A stretch of DNA of 64,000 bases from Eledone cirrhosa (GCA_964016885.1 OZ024741.1:239134001-239198000); one strand, 5' to 3'. Positions 12,462-26,984 are shown, counted from the first letter of the stretch. Notes: generated from the letters alone by a model not told the origin. A program made the numbers and translations.

Positions 12462-14990
12462 TGAGGGAAGGGTTTTAGGTGGTAAACCATTGTTGAAGGG
12501 AAGGTTTAAGGGGGTGGACCACTGTTGAGGGGAAGGTTTAAGGGGGTGGACCACTGTTGAGGGGAAGGTTTAAGGGGGTGGACCACTGTTGAGGGGAAGG
12601 TTTAAGGGGGTGGACCACTGTTGAGGGGAAGGTTTAAGGGGGTAGACCACTGTTGAAGGGAAGGTTTAAGGGGGGTGGAACATTGTTGAAGGGAAGGTTT
12701 AAGGGGGGTGGACCACTGTTGAAGGGAAGGTTTAAGGGGGTGGGCCACTGTTGAAGGGAAGGTTTAAGGGGGTGGACCACTGTTGAGGGGAAGGTTTAAG
12801 GGGGTGGGCCACTGTTGAGGGGAAGGTTTAAGGGGGTGGGCCACTGTTGAGGGGAAGGTTTAAGGGGGTGGACCACTGTTGAGGGGAAGGTTTAAGGGGG
12901 TGGGCCACTGTTGAGGGGAAGGTTTAAGGGGGGTGGACCACTGTTGAAGGGAAGGTTTAAGGGGGGTGGAACATTGTTGAAGGGAAGGTTTAAGGGGGGT
13001 GGACCACTGTTGAAGGGAAGGTTTAAGGGGGTGGGCCACTGTTGAGGGGAAGGTTTAAGGGGGTGGACCACTGTTGAGGGGAAGGTTTAAGGGGGTGGAC
13101 CACTGTTGAGGGGAAGGTTTAAGGGGGTGGACCACTGTTGAGGGGAAGGTTTAAGGGGGTGGACCACTGTTGAGGGGAAGGTTTAAGGGGGTGGACCACT
13201 GTTGAGGGGAAGGTTTAAGGGGGTAGACCACTGTTGAAGGGAAGGTTTAAGGGGGGTGGAACATTGTTGAAGGGAAGGTTTAAGGGGGGTGGACCACTGT
13301 TGAAGGGAAGGTTTAAGGGGGTGGGCCACTGTTGAAGGGAAGGTTTAAGGGGGTGGACCACTGTTGAGGGGAAGGTTTAAGGGGGTGGGCCACTGTTGAG
13401 GGGAAGGTTTAAGGGGGTGGGCCACTGTTGAGGGGAAGGTTTAAGGGGGTGGACCACTGTTGAGGGGAAGGTTTAAGGGGGTGGGCCACTGTTGAGGGGA
13501 AGGTTTAAGGGGGGTGGACCACTGTTGAAGGGAAGGTTTAAGGGGGGTGGAACATTGTTGAAGGGAAGGTTTAAGGGGGGTGGACCACTGTTGAAGGGAA
13601 GGTTTAAGGGGGTGGGCCACTGTTGAAGGGAAGGTTTAAGGGGGGTGGACCACTGTTGAAGGGAAGGTTTAAGGGGGTGGGCCACTGTTGAGGGGAAGGT
13701 TTAAGGGGGTGGACCACTGTTGAGGGGAAGGTTTAAGGGGGTGGACCACTGTTGAAGGGAAGGTTTAAGGGGGGTGGACCACTGTTGAAGGGAAGGTTTA
13801 AGGGGATGGACCACTGTTGAAGGGAAGGTTTAAGGGGGTGGGCCACTGTTGAGGGGAAGGTTTAAGGGGGTGGGCCACTGTTGAGGGGAAGGTTTAAGGG
13901 GGTGGACCACTGTTGAGGGGAAGGTTTAAGGGGGTGGGCCACTGTTGAGGGGAAGGTTTAAGGGGGGTGGACCACTGTTGAAGGGAAGGTTTAAGGGGGG
14001 TGGAACATTGTTGAAGGGAAGGTTTAAGGGGGGTGGACCACTGTTGAAGGGAAGGTTTAAGGGGGTGGACCACTGTTGAAGGGAAGGTTTAAGGGGGGTG
14101 GACCACTGTTGAAGGGAAGGTTTAAGGGGGTGGGCCACTGTTGAGGGGAAGGTTTAAGGGGGTGGACCACTGTTGAGGGGAAGGTTTAAGGGGGTGGACC
14201 ACTGTTGAAGGGAAGGTTTAAGGGGGGTGGACCACTGTTGAAGGGAAGGTTTAAGGGGATGGACCACTGTTGAAGGGAAGGTTTAAGGGGGTGGGCCACT
14301 GTTGAGGGGAAGGTTTAAGGGGGTGAAACATTGTTGAAGGGAAGGTTTAAGGGGGTGGACCACTGTTGAGGGGAAGGTTTAAGGGGGGGTGGAACATTGT
14401 TGAAGGGAAGGTTTAAGGGGGTGGACCACTGTTGAGGGGAAGGTTTAAGGGGGTGGACCACTGTTGAGGGGAAGGTTTAAAGGGGTGGACCACTGTTGAA
14501 GGGAAGATTTAAGGGGGTTGGCCACTGTTGAAGGGATGGTTTAAGGGGGTGGACCACTGTTGAGGGATGGTTTAAGGAGTGGACCATTGTTGAGGGGAAT
14601 GTTTAAGGGGTGGGCCATTGTTAAGTGGAAGGTTTAAGGGGGTGGACCACTGTTTAAGGGAAGGTTTAAGGAGGTGGACCAGTGTTGAGGGGAAGGTTTA
14701 AGGGGGTGGACCACTGTTGAAGGGAAGGTTTAAGGGGGTGAAACATTGTTGAAGGGAAGGTTTAAGGGGGGTGGAACATTGTTGAAGGGAAGGTTTAAGG
14801 GGGTGGACCACTGTTGAGGGGATGGTTTAAGGGGGTGGGCCACTGTTGAAGGGAAGGTTTAAGGGGTGGGCCATTGTTAAGTGGAAGGTTTAAGGGGGTG
14901 GGCCACTGTTTAGGGGAAGGTTTAAGGGGGTGGACTACTGGTGGGGGAAGAATTTAAGGGGGTGGACCACTGCTGAGAGAAAGGTTTTTA
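12462..14990. repeat. G-rich 32-33 bp satellite, roughly 78 units
   Basis: Unit gggggtggaccactgttgaggggaaggtttaa (starts at 12542, 12574); degenerate at both edges. Confidence 0.97.
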
Positions 14991-15163
14991 ATAGTGGGTT
15001 GATGAGAAAGAGGGGTTTCAGGCCATGAGACACTACCGGGGAAAAGAGAAGAATTAAGGGGAATTGGGTGACAGGTAACATTTTCTAATTTGATAAAAGA
15101 ATTTATGCCCACTGTAACATATAGTATGTTATACTATATGTGTGTGTGTATGTGTGTACATGA

Positions 15164-15220
<57 letters not shown>

Positions 15221-15548
15221 GTTCAGCTATACATATTTATGTGCAATTGGTCTGTAGTTTAAACCTCTCTGATGTATTTAGAAATGTATTTAGAGTTAGT
15301 AGTGAATGTCTGAGCATAGAGGAGGAAAAGATGAGACTAGATGTGAAGATATGATTCTAGATTAATTGAACTGATCACAGTTTCCACTGATTTGTGCAGT
15401 ATTGCTTTTCAATGTGAAAGCTGCATCTCACTGTGCATTGAAACAATGATTATCAGAAGCAAACCATAGAAAACATTATTGGCAGTATATTATTAAATGT
15501 TAGGTATCATGACATAACTAGAACAACACTTGTGATTTGATAAGCAAG

Positions 15549-15585
<37 letters not shown>

Positions 15586-15918
15586 GCTTATATATGCACC
15601 TACCTATCTATCTATCTGTCTACCTATCTATCTATCTATCTATCTACTTTATGACAGGAGTAACAACATCACATTGACTTCTAATTTTAGTCATACATAT
15701 GGCATATACTTTATTCTCTGCAGGTGATCACAGCCTATTATAGTTGAAAAGAAACTGTCTTTGATCCTGTCTGCCATTGCATGAAAGCCATTAACGATCT
15801 AATGGTGTTTCTTAAGAAAAACAAACAGACTCCATATATGGAAATGAGATTCATCTCCACTGTTTTTATGATGATAATGATAGTGAAAATAAAGTTCTTT
15901 GACCAATCAAGAATGTTA

Positions 15919-15976
<58 letters not shown>

Positions 15977-17639
15977 GCTAGCCAAGTTGACTACTTAATA
16001 ATATTGAGATGTTAGAACTGCTATAAAAATTGTGTAATTAATCAAAGATAGAACGTTTTAGCAGAGAGTAATGACATTAACAGATTCAATCCACTTTGCA
16101 TATTTAATCTTATTTTTCAGTTTAAAGTTGAAACCCCCATAAATAAATAAGAGAAGATAAATTCTAACACACAACTAGTTTAATAAACTAGTTATTTCGT
16201 GCCATTCTTTGTTATAGATACTAAGTATATATTAGTAGGTTCTAACTCAATATCCCATTTATTCTTGAGCCAGCCAGATTGTCCAGGGGTGATAGGAAGA
16301 GGTTAGGTGATCTTACCCCTGGGTATGTGGTAGATGTCTCATTTGGAATGCTGCAGAAAACAACTCTTTTGTTTCTTCTCACAACCTGGATGCTGCAGCA
16401 AAGATGAGGCCCACTGCATCTATAACCAAACGAAATAAAATTCTAAAAACTATCGGCATACTATTTGTTTTCAGCCTGTGATTTTTGAAACATTTGGGAG
16501 AGCTGGTCTGCTGACAATGACATTCTTGCCATTCTTGATAAGTAATAGGAGGAGAATAAAAATTTCTTTAATCTTTAGCACACTAGTAATTTTTATGAGT
16601 TGTTTCCCTTGACACTGCATTAGCTATTAAGGGGAGATTACTCATATGGTGCATTTTGTCACCCGCAGTGGGCTGAAGGTTAAAAAAAGATTTTATATTC
16701 AAGTGCCTTATCCTTGCTATCAACCATGGCAATGTTGCACATATGTTGACTTGCCTCAAACATTATTTGAGAGAAATTCTAATGTCCCTTCTTATGACAT
16801 GTGATTTCATGTGTGGAACTTCCCAGTTCTTTTTCTATTTTTTATTAGTAATCTATGTATATGTAAAAGAAATATATTATAAGCTGTTTAATAAATAAGA
16901 GAAGGAGAATAAAAATTACTTTAAGAAAGGATTTTATATTTCTTTATTAACTTTCAAATGATTTTTCCTTGTTTATAGATTTGGTTTTTTGAAATTATAT
17001 TACAGCTGATATTTTCTAACTAGTTGTTGAATAATTGTCCTTCCAATGTTGACAATGTTGTTAATACATGTGATTTATTGGCAGACATCATTGAAGTGCC
17101 AAGACAAAATACCTTGAAGTATTTAATTATGATCCATTACATTCTGCGTTGCTGAGATTAATCTTTGCCTTTCATCCTTCTGGGGTTTATAAAAAAAGAA
17201 CCTGTAAAGTACTGGAGTTAATTTAATCAGCAGTCCCCTTCTTCAAAATATGTGGCCTTGTGCCTATGTTAAAAATCAATATATTTATTTTATTGAAAGG
17301 AAGTTTTGAAAAGTGTTCTATAAGAATATTAGTAGAAGAAAGTATTGTCTAAAAGTCAAGTGAATGATTAAATGTCAAGATTTACTAATTTAGAAGATAA
17401 TTTAAAGATGTAGAGGCAGCCCTTATGTTTGCCACTCCCTTAAACCTTTCCACAGTCTATACAGGTTTATATAACAGATCTAAAATTGTTGCTTATATAA
17501 AAGTATCACCCAGGGGTGGACACCCACCTCCTCCTTTAGTTCCATCATTGTGTGGGGTAGGTTATTTAATGAGATAGGTGAGATATGTCAGGTTATCAAA
17601 CAAGTAAACGTGTGTTAAAGGTGATATGTCAGAGTTTCT

Positions 17640-17790
17640 ATTATAATATATAATAATGACATTTTGTGTACAGTGCTCAGGTGCACTACAACTCATCAAA
17701 GGTGCATGTATAGCACATAGAAGAATGTACAAATGTTAGGAAAGTGAAAAGTGTATGAGTCATGATATAAACACAGATACACACACATGC
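17640..17790 (-). mobile_element. 3' tail of a CR1/L2-like LINE
   Basis: Minus strand reads ...gagttgtagtgcacctgagcactgtacacaaaatgtcattatta; clade assignment from recall only. Confidence 0.45.
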
Positions 17791-18054
17791 ATGTGTGAGT
17801 ATGAGACAGGTAAACATTATAACAGGTGCTAAAGATAATATGTCAGAATTTATATAATGAGACAGGTAAGCTGTATGATAGGTGTTAAAGGTAATCTATC
17901 AAAGTAAAGCAATATGTTATTGGAAAACGTCTATATTGATCTTGATGCACTTTCATTGATTAGTGAGGAAAAGTAAAACATAGAAATGTCATATGAACTG
18001 TGGAGATTACTGAATAAAGAGTTAGTTAGAAATTGAAGTATTATTAAAATAAGA

Positions 18055-19062
18055 TCATGTGACTATGGTTAAATATAGACAACACAACACCATGTCATGT
18101 GACTGGGGTTAAATATAGACAGCACAACATCAGGTCATGTGACTATGGTTAAATATAGACAACACAACACCATGCCATGTGACTGTGGTTAAATATAGAT
18201 GACACAACACCATGTCATGTGATTGTGGTTAAATATAGACAATGCAACACTGTCATGTGACTGTGGTTAAATATAGACAACACAACAGAGAAACACTCTG
18301 GAACTTCTAGAATTCTGACAGCCTTATCCAGCCCTCGCAATTTGGATTTATCCCTAACTCCAGCTGCTGTGATCAACTTATCGAGTTTCTTGAAGACATC
18401 ACCCGAATCACTGATGGCAGCTCATGGGTGGATGTTATTTATCTTCACTTTGCTAAAGCTTTCAATTCTGTGCCACACAAAAGACTTATGGCAAAACTCT
18501 CTGCAATGGGTGTGAAAGATGATCTTTTTAACTGGTTGAAGACCTTCATTCTCAGTCGAAAAGAGGTAGTCACGGTTCTAGGACAGCATTCTTCACCATA
18601 TGAGATGTCATCTGGTGTACCACAGGAATCTGTTTTGGGTCCCCTTTTGTTTGTGGCATATATTAATGACGTAGATGCCAACTTAAAGAATGCCACAGTA
18701 CTGAAATATGAAGTGACATCAAGCTGTACCTTGAGATATAAAGGTCAGACCCTGAACACTATAGATCTTTCCTGCAATCAGACCTGGACACAATGCAGCA
18801 ATGGATCACAGACTGGAATCTCAAGTTGGCTGTGGACACGTGTTTATAATATAGACACGTGTATATAAATATAGACAACACAACACTGTCATGTGACTGT
18901 AGTTAAATATAGACAACACAACACCATGTCATGTGACTGTAATTAAATATAGACAACACAACACTGTCATTTGACTGTAGCTACATATAGACAACATAAC
19001 ATGGTCATGTGACTGTAGTTAAATATAGACAACACAACACCATATTATGTGACTGAGGTTAA
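18055..19062. repeat. 38-40 bp minisatellite, about 6 + 5 units, split by a LINE fragment
   Basis: Unit atgtgactgtggttaaatatagacaacacaacaccatgtc (starts at 18057, 18097); blocks ~18055-18288 and ~18866-19062. Confidence 0.92.
18289..18840 (+). pseudogene. Internal reverse transcriptase fragment, CR1/L2-type LINE
   Basis: QFGF, DVIYLHFAKAFNSVPH, SGVPQESVLGPLLFVAYIND motifs; YADD region disrupted; no element ends. Confidence 0.85.
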
Positions 19063-20169
19063 AAGATAAAACAAAATTCAAGTTATTATTTAAAAGAGAT
19101 TTAGCTATTTCTTACAGATTGAACAACCACATAAAACACAGTTATTTCCAATAAATGATGAAATGCACCTAGTATACTCCATAGAGGGGTTGACATTAGT
19201 AAAGGCATAGAATGTTTTCAAGCAAGGTGTAGTCTTCCAACCTATCTAGGAGGATAATAACACAAATTACAAACTAATCTGAGGTATAACAACCCTTCCA
19301 ACCCATGTCAGGATGAAAAGTAAATGTAAAGTGATGATATGATGATGTTGATTTACATTTAACATCTTTTAAGCTGTTTACTAATTCATTAGAGAATCCC
19401 ACCATACATTTTCTTTTAACTCTTCCATTACCATATTTCTAATGAAATACTGTATTTCAATTAATTAATGAAGATTTTGATGGGCTATGCTAAAATTAGT
19501 TAATCATTACGTCATTAAAATAATGTTTGTAACAAATGGCTATAATATAAAATTATGCTAAAAAATATTTATTTAAATAGGAATCTTTTAAATCAGATGG
19601 TTTTATTTCATTGAACCAGAATCAGTTCTGAGTAGGTTGATATCAAATCTAATAAGTCTAATATTCAAGGTTATTATTGTTAATGATAGACCTGATTCAA
19701 GTCTAACAGCACCAAAATAAGACCCCCAGATTAATAAAGAAGAAAGTTATTAAAAGAAGGGCAGTGTTGCAGAATTATTCAGTGGTGAATTATGCTATCG
19801 TATGAAAATACAATGTATTTTTGTATCATATTTGATATTCGTCATATCTGATGAAAATTAACACATGATATTACCCATGGCCAATAAAAGTTTAAGTAGA
19901 GAGCAAACTTCCTCTTCATCACATGCAGCATACAATGATCACCTCGGACCACTAGCTGTAGCTGGCTAATTTTTGCCAGCCAGTCATTGACAGAAGCTAT
20001 CATAGTTCTATTTCCATACTTTCTCACATTCATTTTTTCACATGCACATTTTTTAGCCTGTTTTTCTCTGTAAACGGTATGTACTATACAACATATTTTT
20101 CACTGCTACAGCTACACCTGATCATGCTGTATATATTATAATACAATATTTTCTATGAACTTTATTTTG

Positions 20170-20857
20170 AACGGCAAAGCATAAACGAACTAAGGAAAAA
20201 ATTAGAAATAAGAGGGATCAGATGTTGTTTACTCGAGAGAAGGCTACGTTGGTATGGTCACATGATGCGCATGAAAGACGACAGCTGTATAAAAAAGTGC
20301 AGGACAATAAAGATAGACGGTAGCCACGGAGTAGGCAGACCCAGAAAAACCTGGGACGACCTGATAAATTCCGACCTCACACACTTACACCTCTCCAAGA
20401 CAATGTCACTGGACCGAGATCTTTGGCGGTACTCAGTAATAGAGAAGACCCGCCTTACCTAAATACAAAGTAAAACCTACTACAGTCAGTAGGCATCTCT
20501 AACAAAATACACCCCCGTCCCACCACCCCCACCCCATCCGCACCGCCCCTTTCAATGTAAAGTTATGTTGGTGCCACAACATCCAGGCCAAAACAAATGA
20601 GATCGTGTAGGTGTCACGACAAAAAAACACACAGTCCACGCTGTAATGTGGCCGTGTAGGCAACACGGTAAAAACCTCCCAGCCCCACACTGTAAATGTG
20701 GTTGGTGTTAGGAAGGGCATCCAACTGTAGAAAACCTGCCAGACAGTCCTATGCGAGCAAGACAACCACTCTTGCCTCAAGTGGAAAAACTCCCGTCCAA
20801 ACCCATGCAAGCGTGGAACATGGACGTTAAACGATGATGATGATGATGATGATGATA
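20170..20857 (+). mobile_element. 5'-truncated RTE-clade LINE
   Basis: RLRWYGH..RM...GRPRKTW C-terminus, 3' UTR with ggtgttaggaagggcatcca, (GAT)n tail. Confidence 0.9.
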
Positions 20858-21300
20858 ATGTTAATATGGTTTTATAGAATTGCATGTCTACCAATAAATA
20901 TTTCATAGGCAGTTTTGTTCCCTTTATCATCATTATTTATTTGAATACTAATACTTTGGGGAAATTGCTTTCCCTATTTCAATTACATGGTCATATCAAC
21001 CATTGACATACCAAGGAACATTTTCTGCTAAAGTAGTGTGTAAGTAGAGCAGAAGCTTTAGGGAGATTACCAGAAAATGAACATTATTATATAATCAGAG
21101 TTAGTGGAGTGAGTGATATTGAAAATAAGTTAAGATTGTGGGCTATATATTGAAGATTCATCTAATATAGTAAACATATTGTCTCTCATAGATTATTGAA
21201 ATAGTACTGGAGTTGGGTAAGAATTAGTCAATCTATACCAACCAATGTTTGTGTGAGAGTATATATATATAAACAAACAAACACACACACAAACACACAC

Positions 21301-21394
<94 letters not shown>

Positions 21395-22280
21395 ATACAC
21401 ACTCTTGTAAAATGGTTTCCATTGGAGAGAACTTTATAAATCATTGTTAATATGTGATTCAGAGACTGCAGTTGCTTATGAAACAATCTTTTTATCTGCT
21501 GCAGATGGAATAGAATGAAAATGTTAAGTAAAGATGTAGTTTCCTTCAATCTATTGTTGCCAGGAAGTTTACAACCATTTAAAATGTTTATATTTTCTTT
21601 CCAATAATTGAAAATATTGAATTTTTCTGCATTACAAGAGAAAATAGTTGTTTCCTAAAACCAATTGTAAGGAGAAAGAGAAAGACAAAGGACCAAAGAA
21701 AGAAAGAAAGGGATAGTTGGAGAGAAAAAGAGATATATGAAGAAAGGAAAAGAGGGGCAACAGAGAGAGAGAGAGAGAGAATGAGAGAGTTAAATAAAGT
21801 AGCGAAAGAGAGAAAGTAGTAATTTCTTTAATCTTTTGTAGGGTGTGACAGCTAAAAGAGTATTTACCATCCCAGAGATCTGTTGAGATGTCAGTAGAAC
21901 ATTAGATTTTGGAATGAAAGAAACTTGAAGTAAACAGTAAATTCTGTGTTCTACGATGTGTCAAGTGACATTGAAGTGGACTGAAGAAGAAGCCGGCCAA
22001 GCTTTTATGTCAATAATTCAATATTTAGATCTCTGACTTAAGATTGGCACACACAGTTTTAGCTGTGGGATTTCATCCCAGTTTACTAGAGAACTTGCTG
22101 TTATTCCTCAACTTGACATAAATTAGTGATGTGGAAGTATCAGGAAAATATTTCATTGAGTCAATACCACTAGCTAGTTGTTGGCAACAAAACATATTCT
22201 CAGACATTACGGCTTCTTCTGGTTCAGAGATGAAATTAATAATAAAACATATAGGTGTAGTCATTATTAATTATACATAC

Positions 22281-22478
22281 AGGCGGTGGATTGGCAGTAT
22301 CGGTAGAGGGTCGGGCGCCATGCTTTGAAGCATAGAGTTACCTCTCTTTATGATCTGAGTTCAAATCCCGCCAAAGTTAACTTTGCCTTTCATCCTTACG
22401 GGGTCGATAAAATAAAGTACCAGTAATGCACTGGGATAATTTCTGGCCTGGTGCCAAAAGTAGAAACAATTATTAATT
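22281..22478 (+). mobile_element. Young SINE with target-site duplication
   Basis: Full head, core and tail; attattaattatacatacag occurs on both flanks. Confidence 0.9.
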
Positions 22479-25400
22479 ATACATACAGTCATTGGTTGAA
22501 GAGCATCTTTAACAGTTGATTGTCAATAAACCAAAACATACTAGATTGTTTCTAACAAAATGAATTACATTTTCTCGTTCCACAGCGGTTAGTCATATTT
22601 TATCTTTTTAATATTTAAAAAGGGTAGAGAGAACTCTTCAGTCATGCCTAAGACATAACCTCTCTAGTGCTGGCACTAAAATAAAATACACCTGGTACAC
22701 TTTGTAAAGTAGTTGCCATCAGGAAGGGCCTTTACCATAGAAACTTTTTAAAAAATGGAATGAAATGAGTGTGACATGATCCCTTAACCCATCTAAGAGA
22801 ACAGGAGCTCTGATAAATTACTGACTTGGTACATAACAACCCATCCAGCACATGCCAGCATGGAAACATGGTTGTAAAATTAGGATGATGATGTCTCTAC
22901 CTATTAAAGTTAGTAATATTTCCTATTTACCACAACAACTTTCTTGGATTTCAATGTCTCCTATTATTTCTATGCACAAGTATAAAGTCCTGGAAATCTG
23001 CAAATCAGTTTTTGTTTTTTATGATAGGCTTGGAGGAAGGGGGTAATATCCATGACTTTCATAGTCCCTCCAAGACCAGTGAGATTGATTCTAATTAGTC
23101 CCCTGTTTTTACCCATCCATCTCTCTCTCTCTCAAAAGAAAGAGAAAGAATCAGTTCCTTTTTCAGGATATAATACTATTGATGGCATATACAGTCAAGT
23201 CTTAGAAGAGAGGCTACCATTTTATCATTAACCTTTCTTATGGAATCAGCAAAATTATATTTAATGTATGGTATAGTATTTTATCTTGTGGCAAATTGAT
23301 AAAGTCCTTAGAATGTCAGCTTTGTGGTATTCATTCTGACTATCTATGCTTTGAGTTTAAAGCCTGCCAAGCTCAACTTTGCATTTTATCTTTTCGAAGT
23401 TGAGAAAAAAAATATTAATCCACTACTGGGAGTGAGTCTTCTATATCTCTTTCTCACTCTTCTTTTCTGGAGGAAATTGGCTGTGATCTGACCTGAAGAA
23501 GGGATGGCTTCTGCCAGGTTTAAAATACTCAATACACACCATATGTCACTGCATCACCACTCTGACTCCATAAGGAATTACAAGTCCATACATACATACC
23601 AGTCAGATAGTCAATGTGATCAGTCACGCATTTTGGCATAGGAGACTATTATAAATCGCATTTCTCTTGGAGTTACGACTTAATGATGATTCATTTAATT
23701 GTTACAAGATGGCAAAAAAAATCCCTCCATTGGCTATAGCCAAACAATTACGCCAACAAGCGATGTTTGTTGAACGTAAAAATAACATAAATATTATCAA
23801 TTGTAAGTCCACCAGAACAAACAGGGAATCAACAGCACATGCTACAGGTCGCCATGCTACTAGACTTTCTAGCAGCCAGATTGAACAGTCCCTTGAGACA
23901 ATTATGCCGGTAAGAAATTTGACACCACGCGTATCAACTGAGTCTGCCTTGACTGCTGTGGGAAACCTTATTGGTAATGATAATCAAGAGTAAAAACAAT
24001 TGAAATCTACCCTCAACGAAATCTTCCAAAGAGAAATTAATTCATGTATAAACATTTCTCTTGCTGAACATAACAAAACAACAATACTAAAGAACATACA
24101 TACAATTTTATGTTGGTATAGCTGATAAACTACTTATTGAATATATATGTAAAATAAATAGCATGACATATCAAATATTTGACTATTTGTAATGAAGGAA
24201 GAAATGAGAGTTGTGATGTAGAAATTACATGTTAGGTGGCTGGTGTAAGGAAGGACAACCAGCCATAAAGGGTAGGCTAAAAATTGGAACTCACAAGCAG
24301 GAGTGTAGTAACTTTAAATAAGAACTGTCTCAGGCCATAATATCCCATGCCATCATAGAAAGCAGACATAAAAATTTGATGATGATGATAATGAAATACA
24401 TGTCAAAGACTCAGGATAGCATAACCAGATTTACCCTCAGAATGGTCACTGGGAAGCAGGCAATCAAATTTGTGGCACTATGGACATTTAGAATATATAT
24501 TTTGGACATATAAAGAGAAGCTTTGAAATATTACCTTATTTCTGAGTAGATGAGAAAATTATTGACTATCAAAGCCCATTCCCTATTAATCACAATAAAC
24601 AGATCCTTTCTACATGTCATGGAAACAGCTTAATTTCCAGCTGCTGTAGAATAATTCCCTAAGTACCTGCTCCTATACACATAGCAGTTACAATCTTTAA
24701 ATCTAGTTACCTTAGACTACTACCATTGCAAGCTCCCTTCGTAACTAAGATGCTTCCACTAACTACACCCCACTGCCAACATTATGGAGTCTGTTTAATT
24801 GCAGGGAAGGCAGACCATCTAAGAAGCTAGGATGTCTAAACAAATACAACAGTATTTTGAATAGACTTTTCCTGAATCACACAGAAAAGACATGGGATCT
24901 ACAAGACAATGCAATAACTCTGAATATAAGCTGAAACAAGGCAGTGGAATCTCATTAAATGCACCCAGATTTTCTGTAAATAGGTTAAGGATAGGTTATC
25001 CAGCAGTAAAAATCTTGCCATAAAAAAAAGGAATGAATGGAGGATACCTGCAAAAACAACTTTTCTAGTTGAGCAATAACTGAGTAAAAATCAATATAGA
25101 GTAAAGTGGTCTATTCAGTCTGATACTGACAAACCTTCTAGTGTTGGTAGCATGATAATATGTACCCAACTTGGGCTGTAACATAGTTGGCGATAGGAAT
25201 ATGTCTGATAATAAATATATTAAAAGAAAAGGAGACATGACATACACAATAACAAAGACTGGCACTTTTCTATGTTGTTGTGTATAACAAAGGGCAACAA
25301 ACAAGTGGTAGGTCACTGAAACCAATCCAGCTGTTACCGGCATAAAGAAACAGACATAAAATAATAATTATGATGACGAAAATGATAATGATGATGATTA

Positions 25401-25773
25401 AGATGCATGTTTCTCCATGATAGATATTTAGAAAAATTACATTGTACCTTTAATCAGAAAAAAATTCTTAGAAAAAATAGCAGATTAAATTCAAAGTGTA
25501 GTGAGATTTTTATCATATAACTTTTACAAAGCAAGGATATGAGAAAGATTTAGAAAGCTGTTAAAACAACCAGCCCCAATTTCATGAGTTTATGTTTTAG
25601 CTTTTAAGTCATATGTTTGCTAACAGTGACAGAGAGGTTTACTTTACAGAAATTCTAGGTATCCCGGCTGTGTGTATCTCAGTTTTTTTTAAATCTCAGT
25701 TTTTAAAACATTGTCTCATACCATCCTGTTCAACCTTTAGTGAATTGGTTTATTGGTTTAATCTTCTCCAGAA

Positions 25774-26020
25774 GATACCACTGGTAACCAACCACTTGAG
25801 AAATAAAGATAAAGTAATCCGGGCATGCAAGATAGAAGTGATATGCTCCGTACATATAGTGTTCAGTTCCGAATTAGTCGCAAGAGTATAGAGAGCTGCT
25901 CATCAGAACAAGGCCGGCAGCGAATAAGAGAAGGAGAAATACAAGTCTCGTCTATTTATAATGCCTACGGGAAGTAACTCTAATTAATTCTCTTTTTATT
26001 TTACCCTAGGGGTCGCTACA
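25774..26020 (-). mobile_element. Candidate LTR (25782-26020) with PBS-like TGGTATC
   Basis: Minus strand TGTAGCGACCC...TATAAATA...GGTTACCA, 1-nt spacer, then TGGTATC; no second LTR or ORF seen. Confidence 0.5.
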
Positions 26021-26691
26021 AACCCATGCTGGCATGGAAAAATAGAAAAATATTGAAAACAATGATGATGATGATGACTGATGAAGTTTAGAACAGTCTC
26101 TTCCAAATACAGTAGTTTCTATAGTTCAGATCTTATAGTTTATTAGAATATCAAATTGACTCCAATACCTGACTGGTACTTATCTCATTGGTTCATAGAA
26201 TGATGAAAGATAAGGTTGACCTAGTTGGGAATTGAACTCAGAATATAAAAGGCTATAACTAAATACTGCAAGGAATTTGGTTTGATGCTTTAACAGTTCT
26301 GCTAATCCACAAATGACACTTTAAACTTTCTTAATAAATTTAACAAACACTGTGTGTTTCCTTAGTAAGTAAGCCCCTTCTCTCCACAGCAACATGAAGA
26401 GGTGTGGCTTCTCAGCCATAGTGATAGTGACCCAGCCATATTAAACAAAGTAATGTCACAAGCTCCCTTTTACCTAAGACTTCCACCACATCTCAATCTT
26501 AGACAATTTTCGTTGAGGTGATATTTAGTTGAACTTTTATTTTATAAATATTCTTCTGGACAATTTATGCCCAATCAAAGGATAACATTAGCTAACCCCT
26601 AATATTTTCCCCCATAACCATTGCATTTAACCTTAGTGTAGTTACCCCTTGCAGCAGAAAAGCACTGGAAATTGTAAAACCTACCTTTTAT

Positions 26692-26789
<98 letters not shown>

Positions 26790-26984
26790 TATAAGTTACA
26801 TAGACAGTTAAGTAGTAAAATGTGTCAATAATTTAATGTTAGGTGTTAGTAACTGCTCAGGTTTCTTCTGTTAAGTTATTGATTCTATCCTTTAACCTAG
26901 GGATTGTCTAAGTGATGTTACTGTTCTTCCCTTTCTCGGTGAATTCAGTGACAGACCAAGGTTTAATTTTCCAACAAGCTGTGA

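Noticed and set aside
13473-14138. Proline-rich ORFs
   Set aside because: Translations of the 32-bp satellite.
21860-22264. Possible alternative protocadherin exon (ORF 22073-22264, acceptor-like ctgaaccag)
   Set aside because: Phase 0 gives KKP* immediately, no phase-1 donor exon was found upstream, and there is no recognisable motif.
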